Below are positions 1-10,061 of a stretch of DNA of 64,000 bases, piece after piece (positions within the stretch are counted from its first letter, which is position 1; every line of letters begins with the position of its first letter). Origin of the DNA: a virus (lineage: Duplodnaviria > Caudoviricetes). The notes below the pieces were generated by a model, which was given only the letters and a program-made list of their open reading frames with translations, was not told the DNA's origin and did not search any database. The translations under genes were made by a program, and so were the position numbers. The stretch covers positions 32,001 through 96,000 of IMG/VR virus record IMGVR_UViG_3300028048_000059, one strand, 5' to 3'.

Positions 1-45
1 GATGCTGGCGGCTGGGAAGACTATAACGACGCGCTAGTTGACTAA
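1..45 (+). CDS. 3' end of upstream gene, probably major capsid protein (…DAGGWEDYNDALVD*)
   Basis: Open frame from window start to TAA at 43-45, followed by a strong terminator and then head-tail joining genes. The identity is inferred from position only. Confidence 0.4.
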   Translation, partial: DAGGWEDYNDALVD

Positions 46-58
46 TTGATATAGATTG

Positions 59-90
59 AGAATGGGTGGTATACCCACCCATTCTTTTTT
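59..90 (+). terminator. Intrinsic terminator
   Basis: AGAATGGGTGG-tatac-CCACCCATTCT stem followed by a T run. Confidence 0.85.
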
Positions 91-110
91 GGAGTTAAAG
101 GAGGAATATT

Positions 111-551
111 ATGAATAAGATTACAATGAAGAACGTAAGTTCGGCGACTGTCAGTGTTATTTCTGATAATTTTAGGCGTTCACTAGCGCCAGGCCGCGTA
201 GTTCCAATTACGCGCGCTATTTATGACGATTTAATGTTTGATCCCGGTTTCGTTAAACTAGTTGAATCTCACTTTTTGAAGATTGATGGTGTTAGCGACG
301 ATCAGGGTGTCATTCCTAATGAGCAAAACGTATATGATGTTGCCGCAATTCGTTCTATGTTAGAAAATAAAGATTATGCCGCTTTTACTAAATTCATTCC
401 TCATGCTACTGCCGCTGAGAAAGACACTGTTATAAAGCTTGCGGTAGAAATGGGAATTACAGATGGCGGCTTCACCGCTCTTATTAAGAAATATTGTGGC
501 GTAGATGTTATTTCTGCTATTAATCAAAAACATCTTGCCGAAGAAAAGTAA
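111..551 (+). CDS. Hypothetical virion morphogenesis protein
   Basis: 146 aa ORF with AAAGGAGG RBS, first gene after the probable capsid terminator. Confidence 0.75.
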   Translation: MNKITMKNVSSATVSVISDNFRRSLAPGRVVPITRAIYDDLMFDPGFVKLVESHFLKIDGVSDDQGVIPNEQNVYDVAAIRSMLENKDYAAFTKFIPHATAAEKDTVIKLAVEMGITDGGFTALIKKYCGVDVISAINQKHLAEEK

Positions 552-1033
552 TGGCTACACCTTTTCTAAAAGTTTATGACGCCTTTTTAGGGCGTATTAC
601 CGCGGACGAATGGTCGCTAGAAGAAGAACTAGCTATTGTAGAGCGGGATTGGCAAGAACTTTTAAAAATTGCGGTCTTTCGTTTTAAGTATCCGCGAGTA
701 GATTTAACAATAGAAGAAGTAGAACCTCCTGAACATGGTCGATTAGGAATATATCAATTTGCCGCCGATTTGAATAATGAAGAAATTCAATTACTTGCTT
801 TATACATGAAGCATGAGTGGGTAAAGAGATGTATTGCTAGTTGGGAAAACATTCGCCAACTTTATGCCGATAAAGATTTCTCACAAGCAAACCATTTAGA
901 TAAATTAAATAAACTTGAAGCCGCGATTGAATTAGAAGTTCATCGTGCCGAAGGAATTTATGATAGATCAAGGGAAAAGCGGCCAGCAGATTTATTCAAA
1001 AAGCTCGCCGGAAAAAAGAACATTGTCGGATGA
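551..1033 (+). CDS. Putative head-tail connector/adaptor
   Basis: 160 aa, translationally coupled (TAATG). MATPFLKVYDAFL start and position are typical of adaptor proteins in SPbeta-like phages (recollection). Confidence 0.55.
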   Translation: MATPFLKVYDAFLGRITADEWSLEEELAIVERDWQELLKIAVFRFKYPRVDLTIEEVEPPEHGRLGIYQFAADLNNEEIQLLALYMKHEWVKRCIASWENIRQLYADKDFSQANHLDKLNKLEAAIELEVHRAEGIYDRSREKRPADLFKKLAGKKNIVG

Positions 1034-1295
1034 AACTTTTGACGGATATAAGAATAAATTAAAAGGCCGATTATACGGCTTACTTTGTGAGAAAGAAAAA
1101 AATGGCGATTGGGAAAAATTTCTAGATTCAATTATTATTGAATTATATGGTTTAGGACCGAATTCAATTAATTACTGGGCGCTGATGGGAAAAATACAGG
1201 CGTTACGCTTCTTATCTTATGATGCGTTTCGCCGTACCGTTTTTGAGAGTATTAATCTTGTCGGCGGTTTAGATAAAAACGATGCATTATCTTGA
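1023..1295 (+). CDS. Small hypothetical structural-module protein (probable TTG start at 1023; ORF track extends to 945)
   Basis: Fills the gap between flanking genes with short overlaps at both ends. Confidence 0.65.
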   Translation: MSDETFDGYKNKLKGRLYGLLCEKEKNGDWEKFLDSIIIELYGLGPNSINYWALMGKIQALRFLSYDAFRRTVFESINLVGGLDKNDALS

Positions 1296-1734
1296 TGTAT
1301 ATTGGTCTAGAATAAACCATTTAGGAGAGACTACTGCTGAACGTATTAAAAATGGTGGTATTCGTTCATTTGAAAAATGGATGGCTGAATCACCACATAC
1401 GGTTCGAGATTTATCTGTGGAAAGAGGTCTTTATTTTGATGGATTAATTCTCACAAATAAAGATAAAGAATATGAAAAAATTATGTTTTTAAATGTTGCA
1501 AATGATATTCCTATTCGCGTTGGGGATATTATGAATTGGGCTATTGAAGATGGCACCATTGAAAAATGGATTTTAATTCAAAAAGAGAAAAAAGTAAATG
1601 GAACATATCAAACTTTTTGGATTGTACGTTGCAATTATTTATTAAAATGGATTGATGAGGTTGGGCATTTGAAACAATCTTGGGCATATGTTGTTAGTTC
1701 TCTTGATTCAAAAATTAAGGGAAATTATCGAACT
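1282..1734 (+). CDS. Neck/head-closure-type protein, exon 1 (spliced product about 461 aa)
   Basis: Ends …GNYRT at the U of a P1 U-G pair and joins in frame to TGG AAT TCA (WNSLITPQPNKYAEILMPR) at 2775. Confidence 0.8.
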
Positions 1735-2774
1735 TGAATTTCAGGTTCCTTAACCAGTAATGGTTATGAAAAATGCTATTGAATTGCTGGGAAATTTTAA
1801 TACTCTTTTTACTACAACACGATCCCTGAGACGGGATGAATGTGATAGTTACGAAAGTAGAAAAAAATAAAAGAGTTGATATAATGCTGTAAAGCTAATA
1901 TATCATACAATAAATAATCAGCAGCTAAGCTTAAATAAAAAAGAAAGTTCAACGACTATCCTTTATGGAGTAGGGCGAGTAAGCTCGAAGCGGTAGCCCC
2001 CTGATTAGGGTGAAGATATAGTCTGAAAGGAGTAACAATGAAAGGTATTATTTATTGTGCATATAATAAAATAAACGGAAAAAGATATATTGGGCAAACA
2101 ATTAAACCTTTGGAGCAACGGATTAAATTACATTATTATAGTTCAAATTGTACTTTATTCCATCGTGCTTTAATGAAGTATGAAGAAAAAGATTGGGAAT
2201 GGACAATCATTGATACTGGTGAAGCTGGTACAGAATTATCACAGAAAGAGCAATATTGGATTAATTATTATGATACTTATAACAATCCTTCTAAGGGATA
2301 CAATCTGACGAAAGGCGGCGAAGGCAGCCTTGGTGTTGTTGTAAGTGTTGAACATAAACAAAGAACACGTAACGCTATGTTAACATTAAAAATGAATCAT
2401 TATAAAGAAAAGGTTGAATCTATCAGCAAACCAATAAAATGTATAGAAACAAATGAAGTGTTTTCTTCTATTTCAGAAGCCGCTCGTGCAAAAAATGTTT
2501 CTAATTCTACAATTGCTAAGGCCGCACATTCTGAAAATGGAATGGCTGTTGGTTGCCATTGGAAATTTTTAACTGGTATTGAAAAATTAAAAGTATTAAA
2601 AAATGCTATTTATTGTGTAGAATTAGATCGATTTTATGAAAGTTTTAAAGAGGCTAGAAAGGTTGACAGATTTCATGAAGGAAATTTACGTCTGGCTATG
2701 ATCCAAGGCGACCCGTATGAAGGGAAAATATATGCTGGGTATACTTTTTATTGGGTTAATCCTGATTTACATAG
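1735..2774 (+). mobile_element. Group I intron 1 (neck gene) with GIY-YIG ORF in L9
   Basis: P1 GAACT|TGA-att-TCA-GGTTC; P element GAATTGCTGGGAAA; Q AATCAGCAGCTAAG; R TTCAACGACTA; S GAAGATATAGTCT; terminal G2774; P10 ATTTCA/TGGAAT. Confidence 0.92.
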
Positions 2775-2787
2775 TGGAATTCACTAA
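2038..2787 (+). CDS. Intron-encoded GIY-YIG homing endonuclease with NUMOD-type DNA-binding repeats
   Basis: GIIY…RYIGQT…R, E..WI, GYNLTKGGEG motifs; KPIKCIETNEVFSSISEAAR repeats. Confidence 0.9.
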   Translation: MKGIIYCAYNKINGKRYIGQTIKPLEQRIKLHYYSSNCTLFHRALMKYEEKDWEWTIIDTGEAGTELSQKEQYWINYYDTYNNPSKGYNLTKGGEGSLGVVVSVEHKQRTRNAMLTLKMNHYKEKVESISKPIKCIETNEVFSSISEAARAKNVSNSTIAKAAHSENGMAVGCHWKFLTGIEKLKVLKNAIYCVELDRFYESFKEARKVDRFHEGNLRLAMIQGDPYEGKIYAGYTFYWVNPDLHSGIH

Positions 2788-3707
2788 TAACTCCACAACC
2801 AAACAAATATGCCGAAATCCTTATGCCACGTTATCCAATCAATCGTGCGACCAACTTTATCGTAGAAGACGAATCTTGGTCGGTAATTGAATATGACCAT
2901 ACCAGTGTGCCTGGTGTTATTTACTTATCTCTTACCGAAGGTAAAATTAATTCTATTTATGATGATATCATTAATGATATTGCCGATACTGATCGTTTAG
3001 CGCAATATTCATTAAGTGTGCCAGAAAAAGTGCAAACATTTAAACCCGGTGATAAAATTGAGCCAAAATTTACTTTAATGAAAAATGGGATGCCATGTGG
3101 CGCAGCATATAAAATTTTGTCTGCGCCCGAAAGTAAGGATAAGACCAAAGAAAAGGATGGCCAACTTACTGTCGCGCCAGATGCTACTGGCGAGATAACC
3201 ATTATTATACAATTAGTTGATTACCCTGAAATTCAAAAAATGATGACTATTCAAGTTAGTAATGTAGATCAAGAATTTTCTGTATATATTGATGGTAAAT
3301 CAACTATTTCCTTAGATAGGCATGCTACCTATCAATTGCAGACCACTGACGAAAATTACAGTGGCGCTAATATTTTCCAACTCTACAAATTATTAGTAGT
3401 TGAAGAATCTGATATAGAACAATATGATAATGATGATTATGTTTTATTTAATCATCCACGCATTGAAGGCGCAAAACTTGCTTTACACAAAAGTGCTGAT
3501 TGGGCCAATTATAGTGCGGCCGCAACTATAACCGAGTTTGCGAAGCAGTATGAAAAAGAGTCAGTTCTTGCTGTGATAAAGGAAAATAATGTTGTGCAAG
3601 CAAATAATAGGAATAAATTAGGCTTTACAATGTTAGCAAATATTTATGAGTATGACGGACAATTTAATATTACTTTTAAGATAATAGAAATTGTTCCATT
3701 ATGGTAG
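2775..3707 (+). CDS. Neck/head-closure-type protein, exon 2 (beta-rich, Ig-like C-terminal part)
   Basis: Same frame as ORF 2823-3707 and open from 2775. Confidence 0.8.
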   Translation, partial: WNSLITPQPNKYAEILMPRYPINRATNFIVEDESWSVIEYDHTSVPGVIYLSLTEGKINSIYDDIINDIADTDRLAQYSLSVPEKVQTFKPGDKIEPKFTLMKNGMPCGAAYKILSAPESKDKTKEKDGQLTVAPDATGEITIIIQLVDYPEIQKMMTIQVSNVDQEFSVYIDGKSTISLDRHATYQLQTTDENYSGANIFQLYKLLVVEESDIEQYDNDDYVLFNHPRIEGAKLALHKSADWANYSAAATITEFAKQYEKESVLAVIKENNVVQANNRNKLGFTMLANIYEYDGQFNITFKIIEIVPLW

Positions 3708-3711
3708 GTGA

Positions 3712-4233
3712 GTGTATATGGATTTAGAAATGACTCAAAGACGCTTTTCTGTCATGGGTGAAAATGCTTTTATTATTGCTAACAGAATAATGTCTAATCA
3801 AAGAGTTTGTCGTTTGTTAAAATATCAAACACGTAATCCTTTTGCTTTGAAAGAAAACGGAAAAGATCAACCTGACGTGGATGGTGCAGAGCTTATTAAT
3901 AAACAAATATTAATTGTTCCAAAAATTTATGATGATTCAACTGAAAAAATGTCGTATGTTACGGCTATTTTTGATGATTTTGTAGTGAATCAATTAAATC
4001 CAGAATTTAAAATTTCAACAGTGCGTTTTGATGTTGTTTGTCCTTATGATGAATGGATTTTGAATGATAAATCATTGCGGCCATATTTGATTATGGAAGA
4101 AATTGATAGAATGTTTAACCAAAAACCACTACGTGGCATTGGTAATTTACAATTCCATCGAGCAGATAATTTGGCTTTGTCTCCATGGATAGGCGGTTAT
4201 TCCATGAGGTATAAGATTAATGAATTTAACTGA
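3712..4233 (+). CDS. Putative tail completion/terminator protein
   Basis: 173 aa, located between neck and tail-tube genes. Confidence 0.5.
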   Translation: MYMDLEMTQRRFSVMGENAFIIANRIMSNQRVCRLLKYQTRNPFALKENGKDQPDVDGAELINKQILIVPKIYDDSTEKMSYVTAIFDDFVVNQLNPEFKISTVRFDVVCPYDEWILNDKSLRPYLIMEEIDRMFNQKPLRGIGNLQFHRADNLALSPWIGGYSMRYKINEFN

Positions 4234-4996
4234 TACAGAAGTTTTAAAATTTCAGCGCGGCTCGCCAGTATTATTGGACGATATTTGCGCTATCTATCCA
4301 CTTACATTAGGAGAAATCGCTGATGTTGGATATGATAAATTTCAGTTGTATTTAGGAATTTTAACTAGTGAAAAACCGACCGATATAAAAGGAGAGCATG
4401 AGCTAGTAAAGTTGTTAAATGATTTATCAGATTTTCAATATTTATTAATGATGACGGCAATCGATAAGCAATCGAATGAAACATTTCGGGATGCTTTTCA
4501 ATTGTTTTGCAAAGAGGACGTTTTTTTCTCGCTTGACCCTCCGCAAATTGTGGTGGGGCCGCCGGAAGAAAAACGAATTTTAGATGAGCAACATTTTTAC
4601 GATTTGCAACACATTTTAAAACGCATGTATTGGATTGAGCAAGACGGCGAAGAGATTGTGATCAATGCGGACGATTCTCCTGCTGTAAGAAATTTAAAAT
4701 TACAGATGAAAAAAAATAGAGAAAGAGTGCGCAAAGCAAAAGCAAATAGGTCACGTCAAGAAGGCCATGATTTAAAGTTTTCTGATTTAATTGGTAGTTT
4801 AACTATAAATAATTGTGGGTTAAACATGGAAAATATTTGGAATATTACATACTATGCTTTTCACGATCAATTAAAGAGAATGGGTTGGCGTGATCAGTTT
4901 AATATAAATCAATCCGCGGCCCTTGCGGGCGCAAAATTAAAGAAGTCACAATTGAAGCATTGGATGCGTACAATTGGTGATTCTGAAAAATCATGA
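4220..4996 (+). CDS. Hypothetical tail morphogenesis protein (possible tail assembly chaperone)
   Basis: 258 aa; IWNITYYAF motif near the C-terminus resembles chaperone GT-like regions; position. Confidence 0.45.
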   Translation: MNLTDTEVLKFQRGSPVLLDDICAIYPLTLGEIADVGYDKFQLYLGILTSEKPTDIKGEHELVKLLNDLSDFQYLLMMTAIDKQSNETFRDAFQLFCKEDVFFSLDPPQIVVGPPEEKRILDEQHFYDLQHILKRMYWIEQDGEEIVINADDSPAVRNLKLQMKKNRERVRKAKANRSRQEGHDLKFSDLIGSLTINNCGLNMENIWNITYYAFHDQLKRMGWRDQFNINQSAALAGAKLKKSQLKHWMRTIGDSEKS

Positions 4997-5016
4997 TTTT
5001 TTAGGAGGTAACTCTT

Positions 5017-5046
5017 ATGGCTGTTAATATTTTTGATAAGTACGGT
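5017..5046 (+). CDS. Major tail tube protein, exon 1 (MAVNIFDKYG; missed by ORF track)
   Basis: AGGAGGT RBS at 5003-5009 and ATG 5017. Spliced KYG|IKEVANV matches YFGIKELYEV of the paralog at 6806. Confidence 0.9.
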
Positions 5047-5863
5047 ATGTAGATGCTGCATTAAAAAGTAATTTTTAATGAAAATCTCGTGAATTGCTGG
5101 AAAGTCCTAAAGCCTATTTACTACAACATGGCGCGAAAGCGCGAGTGTGAATGTTTAAAAAATAATAGGATGTAACAATGGATAATCAGCAGCCAAGCTA
5201 AGGAGGAATAATAATGTGGAAGACAATTCCCGTTGATGATAATTATGAAGCGAGCAATGATGGACAAATTAGAGAAAAAAGTAATAAAAAAATAGTGTCA
5301 CAATGGAAAGACAAAGACGGATATTTAATTGCAACTTTATCTCAAAAATTATATCGAGTACATCGTTTAATTGCTTTAACTTTTATTAGTAACCCGAATA
5401 ATTTACCGGTGGTTAATCATAAAAATTTTAATAAAAGTGACAATCATGTTGCTAATCTTGAATGGGTAACCTATTCTGAAAATAGCAAACATAGTTTTAC
5501 AGGAAATCATAGAGACGATAGTGTGCAAGTTTGGGTGCAAAAAGTGCAACCACTTGCGGCGGAAGCGTCAAAAACCAAAGTCGCTCAATATGATTTAAAT
5601 GGAACCTTGCTGAACGTTTTCAACAGCCAGCGTGAGGCAAGTGAAAAAACAGGTGTGTGTAGAAGTTCTATCACTCGATGCGTCACTGGACATAGAAAAA
5701 CTGCTGGTGGATATAAATGGGAATACTACTTAGAAGGTTCAACGACTAAGAATGAAGAAAATCCCACTTCATCTGTGCGAGACTCCGAGAAATCGGAAGA
5801 AGATATAGTCTGAACTTATGTGAAAGCATAAGAAGCCATGATGGGTATGGCTGTAACATATTG
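5047..5863 (+). mobile_element. Group I intron 2 (tail tube gene) with HNH ORF in L6
   Basis: P1 CGGT|AT-gtag-ATGCTG; GAATTGCTGGAAA; AATCAGCAGCCAAG; TTCAACGACTA; GAAGATATAGTCT; terminal G5863. Confidence 0.93.
5214..5813 (+). CDS. Intron-encoded HNH homing endonuclease (NUMOD4-HNH-NUMOD1, I-HmuI-like)
   Basis: WKTIP…YEASNDG; VHRLIA…VNHKNFNKSDNHVANLEW; AQYDLNG…SQREA; AAGGAGG RBS. Confidence 0.92.
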   Translation: MWKTIPVDDNYEASNDGQIREKSNKKIVSQWKDKDGYLIATLSQKLYRVHRLIALTFISNPNNLPVVNHKNFNKSDNHVANLEWVTYSENSKHSFTGNHRDDSVQVWVQKVQPLAAEASKTKVAQYDLNGTLLNVFNSQREASEKTGVCRSSITRCVTGHRKTAGGYKWEYYLEGSTTKNEENPTSSVRDSEKSEEDIV

Positions 5864-6796
5864 ATCAAAGAGGTTGCCAATGTATATTTTGAAGCGTTAG
5901 CGGATGACCCCGCGGCTAATATTTATAAAGGCGACATCGTACTATTTTTGGATACTCTAAAAGTATCTACTATTGAAACAACCGCTGAGCAAACCGATGC
6001 TACTGGCGGCTGGGGCAACCCCAAACTAATCACTTGGGACTATGGTAAGGAAATTACTCTAACTCTAGAAGATGCTCTAATGTCCTTAGAATCTTTACGT
6101 TTCATGATGGGCGGCGCGATTAAGCGTTCCAAACCTGCGTCTTCTGATTCACAGACTACTATTCCAGCGACTAAGGTGCTTGTCCATCGCACTGAGGAAG
6201 TTGTAGCTGGCGATAATGGCGTCATACCACTACCAGTAGATCATATTACAAAAGCTACTTTATATCCAGAAGCTCTTACTGGTCACCCAATTCGTTTTAT
6301 CAACTATGGCGGCGGCACAGATAGCGCAACTGCTGGTACACGTACACAAGTGACTAGTGGTAAAATGGAAGCTCCCGCAGCTCTTAAGTTTAAGAATACT
6401 GCTATGGGTGTTGCGGAGGAAACATTAGCGACAAAGGGCGACCATATTCGTATTTTCTGGGTTGAAGAAGTTGATGAAGCTGATTCCGCTATTGAAGTAA
6501 CCATTTCTCCCAGCACCTTCCCTGGCACTTATCGTGTTGTTGGTGATACCTTCATGCGCTCTCAGAAGACCGGTAAGGACGAAGCCTTCCAGTTCGTTAT
6601 TGGCAAGGCCAAGGTTTCCTCTGAGGTTACTCTAACCCTAGAAGCCGAAGGCGATCCTACCACTTTCGAAATGACGCTAACCGTTCTTCGTGATACCAAC
6701 GAAGCTGGCGAAGCTGAAATGATGAAGCTAATCCGTTACGGCGATGCTGCCGCAGATGGTGGCACCACTGGTGATGACATCGGTTCTTTAACTTAA
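5864..6796 (+). CDS. Major tail tube protein, exon 2 (spliced product 320 aa)
   Basis: GGWGNPKLITWD, LTLEAEGDPTTFEM motifs; highly expressed codon style; upstream of the tape measure gene. Confidence 0.82.
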   Translation: MKEVANVYFEALADDPAANIYKGDIVLFLDTLKVSTIETTAEQTDATGGWGNPKLITWDYGKEITLTLEDALMSLESLRFMMGGAIKRSKPASSDSQTTIPATKVLVHRTEEVVAGDNGVIPLPVDHITKATLYPEALTGHPIRFINYGGGTDSATAGTRTQVTSGKMEAPAALKFKNTAMGVAEETLATKGDHIRIFWVEEVDEADSAIEVTISPSTFPGTYRVVGDTFMRSQKTGKDEAFQFVIGKAKVSSEVTLTLEAEGDPTTFEMTLTVLRDTNEAGEAEMMKLIRYGDAAADGGTTGDDIGSLT

Positions 6797-6805
6797 TATA
6801 ACATT

Positions 6806-7690
6806 ATGATAGATCAATATTTCGGAATAAAAGAGCTTTACGAAGTAGCTCTAAAAGCAAAAACTCCGATGCAATTCGGAGAACGTTATTTAGAAGCTGG
6901 CGAACCTGTTCTATATTTTGAGAATGTTGAGATATCAACCTTAACTGAGCGTTCCTCCCCCATAATGGCTCGTGGCGGTTGGTCCAATTTGCCACGAGTT
7001 ATTTGGGAGGACCGCTCTGAGGTCCAATTTTCTCTTACAGAAGGGGTTCTCTCTTCTATTAGTATGGGAATTCTACTTAGTGCCGCCATGCGGCCGCAAC
7101 CAGAGGAACCATTGCTCGTTCCTAAGAAAGAAGGGCCTTATTCACTTTTTACAGTGGGGCAAGAAAATCGTTTATATTTAGAGCATTGGCCTGTGGACTA
7201 TCCTGTACGGAAAACATTTATTTATGAATATTCGCGTGACGTTGCGCAAAAGAAATATTACGGTAAAAAAATATTCGGCGTTCCTGACCCTTGGGATGAC
7301 GATAAAGAGCGTCCTTGTATTGCAGTTTATGAAGACAAGGCATGCACAATACCGGCAGACGCAAGTAAGAAATATATTGTAGATTATTACTATCAATATA
7401 CAGATGAAGCTTTGATTTATACAATCAATAAAGAGCGGTTTAATGGATTATTCACTCTTGAGGGTAAGTTTTACTCCAAGGATGAAAACGAAGGCTTGAA
7501 TTATACTAATTTAATTTATATGCCTCGCGTGAGAGTCGTAAGTGATATAAACTTACGCTTGGGAGAAAGGGCTGATCCAACAACGTCTGTTTTTCATATT
7601 ATTGGATTGCCAGAAACAATATCCAATAATAGTAAGGGTACAATATTGGAGATAACGCGCTTAAATGATGACATTGATGCGCAAGAGTAA
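6806..7690 (+). CDS. Second tail-tube-like protein (paralog of major tail protein)
   Basis: Collinear motifs with the preceding gene: GIKE, VL(Y/F), ST, GGW.N, W(E/D), FSLTEG/LTLEDA, ADPTT/GDPTT. Confidence 0.78.
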   Translation: MIDQYFGIKELYEVALKAKTPMQFGERYLEAGEPVLYFENVEISTLTERSSPIMARGGWSNLPRVIWEDRSEVQFSLTEGVLSSISMGILLSAAMRPQPEEPLLVPKKEGPYSLFTVGQENRLYLEHWPVDYPVRKTFIYEYSRDVAQKKYYGKKIFGVPDPWDDDKERPCIAVYEDKACTIPADASKKYIVDYYYQYTDEALIYTINKERFNGLFTLEGKFYSKDENEGLNYTNLIYMPRVRVVSDINLRLGERADPTTSVFHIIGLPETISNNSKGTILEITRLNDDIDAQE

Positions 7691-7727
7691 GCCACTTCCT
7701 TCAACGAGGAAGTGGCTTTATTTTTTT
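7689..7727 (+). terminator. Intrinsic terminator between tail tube genes and tape measure
   Basis: AAGCCACTTCCT-tcaacg-AGGAAGTGGCTT followed by TATTTTTTT. Confidence 0.88.
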
Positions 7728-7746
7728 GGGTTAAAGGAGTGATATT

Positions 7747-9825
7747 ATGGCAGGTTCTAGTAGTGGAACTACTGTAACAATTGATTTAGGTGTACAACTT
7801 AGATTGATTGAATCATCTTTACGAGATGCACAAAATGCATTGAAGATGTTAAAACCCGATAGTAAGAGTTTTAAAGAGTTACAAAGGATTTTAGCTGTAA
7901 TTACACAGCAAATGAATAAAATTGAAGCGCAATCGAAATCACCGATTAGTTCGACGAAACAGTTAACGCAAATTGATAGGGAGTTTGCGAAAATTAATGA
8001 ATCAATCGCAAGTTTTCAGACTGCATTAAGTCATGTTGATTTTTCTGATTTGGAATTGGATCCGGGGACTGCAAAGCGATTTCAAGAGTTGACTGAACAA
8101 ATTGCGGCTTCACAGAAAAAATATGAAGATTTAAAACAAGCACAAGCAGAAGCATTAGGTAAAAATGCAGATGTACAGGCATTGGTGCCAGACTCAAAAG
8201 TTGTGCAAAAAGGGTATGATGCATTAGCACAAGCAATTGAAGATGGTGCTACCAAAACAGAAGCAGAATTAAGAGCGGCTGAAAAAGCATTAAACACATC
8301 AAAAAAGAAAATAGACATAGGAAAAAGAATTTATTCTATCACCGGCAATGATGGGAAAAATCGGCTACCGCAAGTAGAGAAACAAAAAATAACAGATGCT
8401 ATACCAGAACTTGATCGTTTTATAAGTACAGATAAAAATGGGGCGATGAGGTTTCGGAGTGGTACGCCATACGGTGGTGGAAAGAGCTTTGGCCCTGGTG
8501 AAGCAAAGCAACAGCTTATACAATATTTAAAGGAATTATATTCTTTAAATGACGCGGAAGTTACAAAATTAACAGAAGAAACTGCAAAAAGCACAAGCAC
8601 ACAATTTTTAGCAAAACTGGAAGAAGAAATCGGCAAAGGCGTAAAATCTGAAATTTTTGGGCGTTCTTTACGAGGATTTAAAAAAGCTTCTTCTGATATT
8701 GGGCAGCAAACAACTGATTATGAAGAAGCAAAAAGTAGAAATGAGCAAGCTCAACGTGCAAGAGATGCTTTAAATACTTCTGGTTCAATTATTGATGCTA
8801 GTAGTGAAACAACGCGTGAAGAAATAGAACATCTTAAAATAGAGATAGAGGATTTAAAAGCCAAATTAACACAAGCAGCACAAGCTAATACGCAAATGCA
8901 AAATAGCTTGAATGATATGGGTGACGCCGCGAAAAAAGGGCAACAAGACCTTGAAAAAACTAATAATGAATTAGAGCGTACAAAAACCGTCGCGTCTGCC
9001 TTTGACAGGATTAAACAAGGCATTATCAATTTCACTGGTTTCCACCAAGTAATGCGTATGGTAGGTTCTGCTGTCCGCGAAGCAATGAATCATATAAAGC
9101 AACTTGACTCAACTATGAATGGTATTGCTATTGTTACTAATATGACGACGGCGGACCTGTGGGATCAGGTTGGAGTATATAGCGATATTGCTCGTCAATA
9201 TGGCGTTAGTATTCAAGGTGCTTATGAAGTTTCTAAAATTTACTATCAGGCAGGTTATGAAACTAATGAAGTAATGACCTTGATGAACGAAACATTAAAG
9301 CTATCTAAAATTTCTGGCCTAGATTATGCAACAACAACCGACTACATGATGACCGCAATGCGCGGCTTCAAGTTAGAAATGGAAGATGCGTCACACGTAG
9401 TTGACGTTTATAGCGGTTTGGCCGCCAATACTGCTGTATCACAGAAAGAATTGGCAGAGGCTATGACACGTACTGCATCTTCTATGGAATCTGTTGGTGC
9501 AACATTTGAAGAAACATCCGCTATGATTGCTACCATGGTAGCTGTTACTCGTGAGTCTGCTAGTAACATTGGTAGCGCGATGAAGAGTATAGGTAGTAGG
9601 TTTGGTGAATTAACAAAAGACCCAACCGCATTGTTAGATGCGGAAGGCGAAGCAATGAGCTTCAACAAAGTTGACAAAGCATTACGTTCTGTTGGTATTA
9701 CGTTGCAAACAACAGATCACCAATTCCGTGACTTTACTGATGTAATTTTAGAGTTGGCTGATAAGTGGGATACATTGGATTCTGCTCAACAGCGTTATAT
9801 AGCGACTCAATTCGCAGGAAATCGT
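7747..9825 (+). CDS. Tail tape measure protein, exon 1 (693 aa, TP901-family core)
   Basis: Coiled-coil N-terminus, then LDSTMNGIAIVT, ATMVAVTRESASNIGSAMKSI, LADKWDTL motifs. Ends FAGNR. Confidence 0.92.
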
Positions 9826-10011
9826 TTGGTATTGCTGGCGTTTTCAAGAGCTGCGTAAAAACTCAAAATAAAACAACGTGAATTGCGGGGACATCCTTAG
9901 AGTCTTTTTAACTAAACATTCATAGTAATATAGAATGCGGCTTTCAGTAATGATGAAAGGTATGGTAAAATCAAAAAGAATTGGATAATCCGCAAGCAAG
10001 CATCCCAATAT

Positions 10012-10040
10012 TTGACAAGATAGAATTTTTATGTTATAAT
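10012..10040 (+). promoter_or_regulatory. Intron-internal sigmaA promoter for the HNH gene
   Basis: TTGACA-17 nt-TATAAT, perfect consensus with extended -10 TG. Confidence 0.88.
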
Positions 10041-10061
10041 AAAAGAAAAAGGTTGAATTTT

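Noticed and set aside
1012-1018. In-frame A_AAA_AAG slippery heptamer at the end of the 551-1033 gene, suggesting a frameshift fusion to the overlapping ORF
   Set aside because: The overlapping ORF is in the +1 frame. The -1 frame stops after 14 codons, so a separate TTG start at 1023 is simpler.
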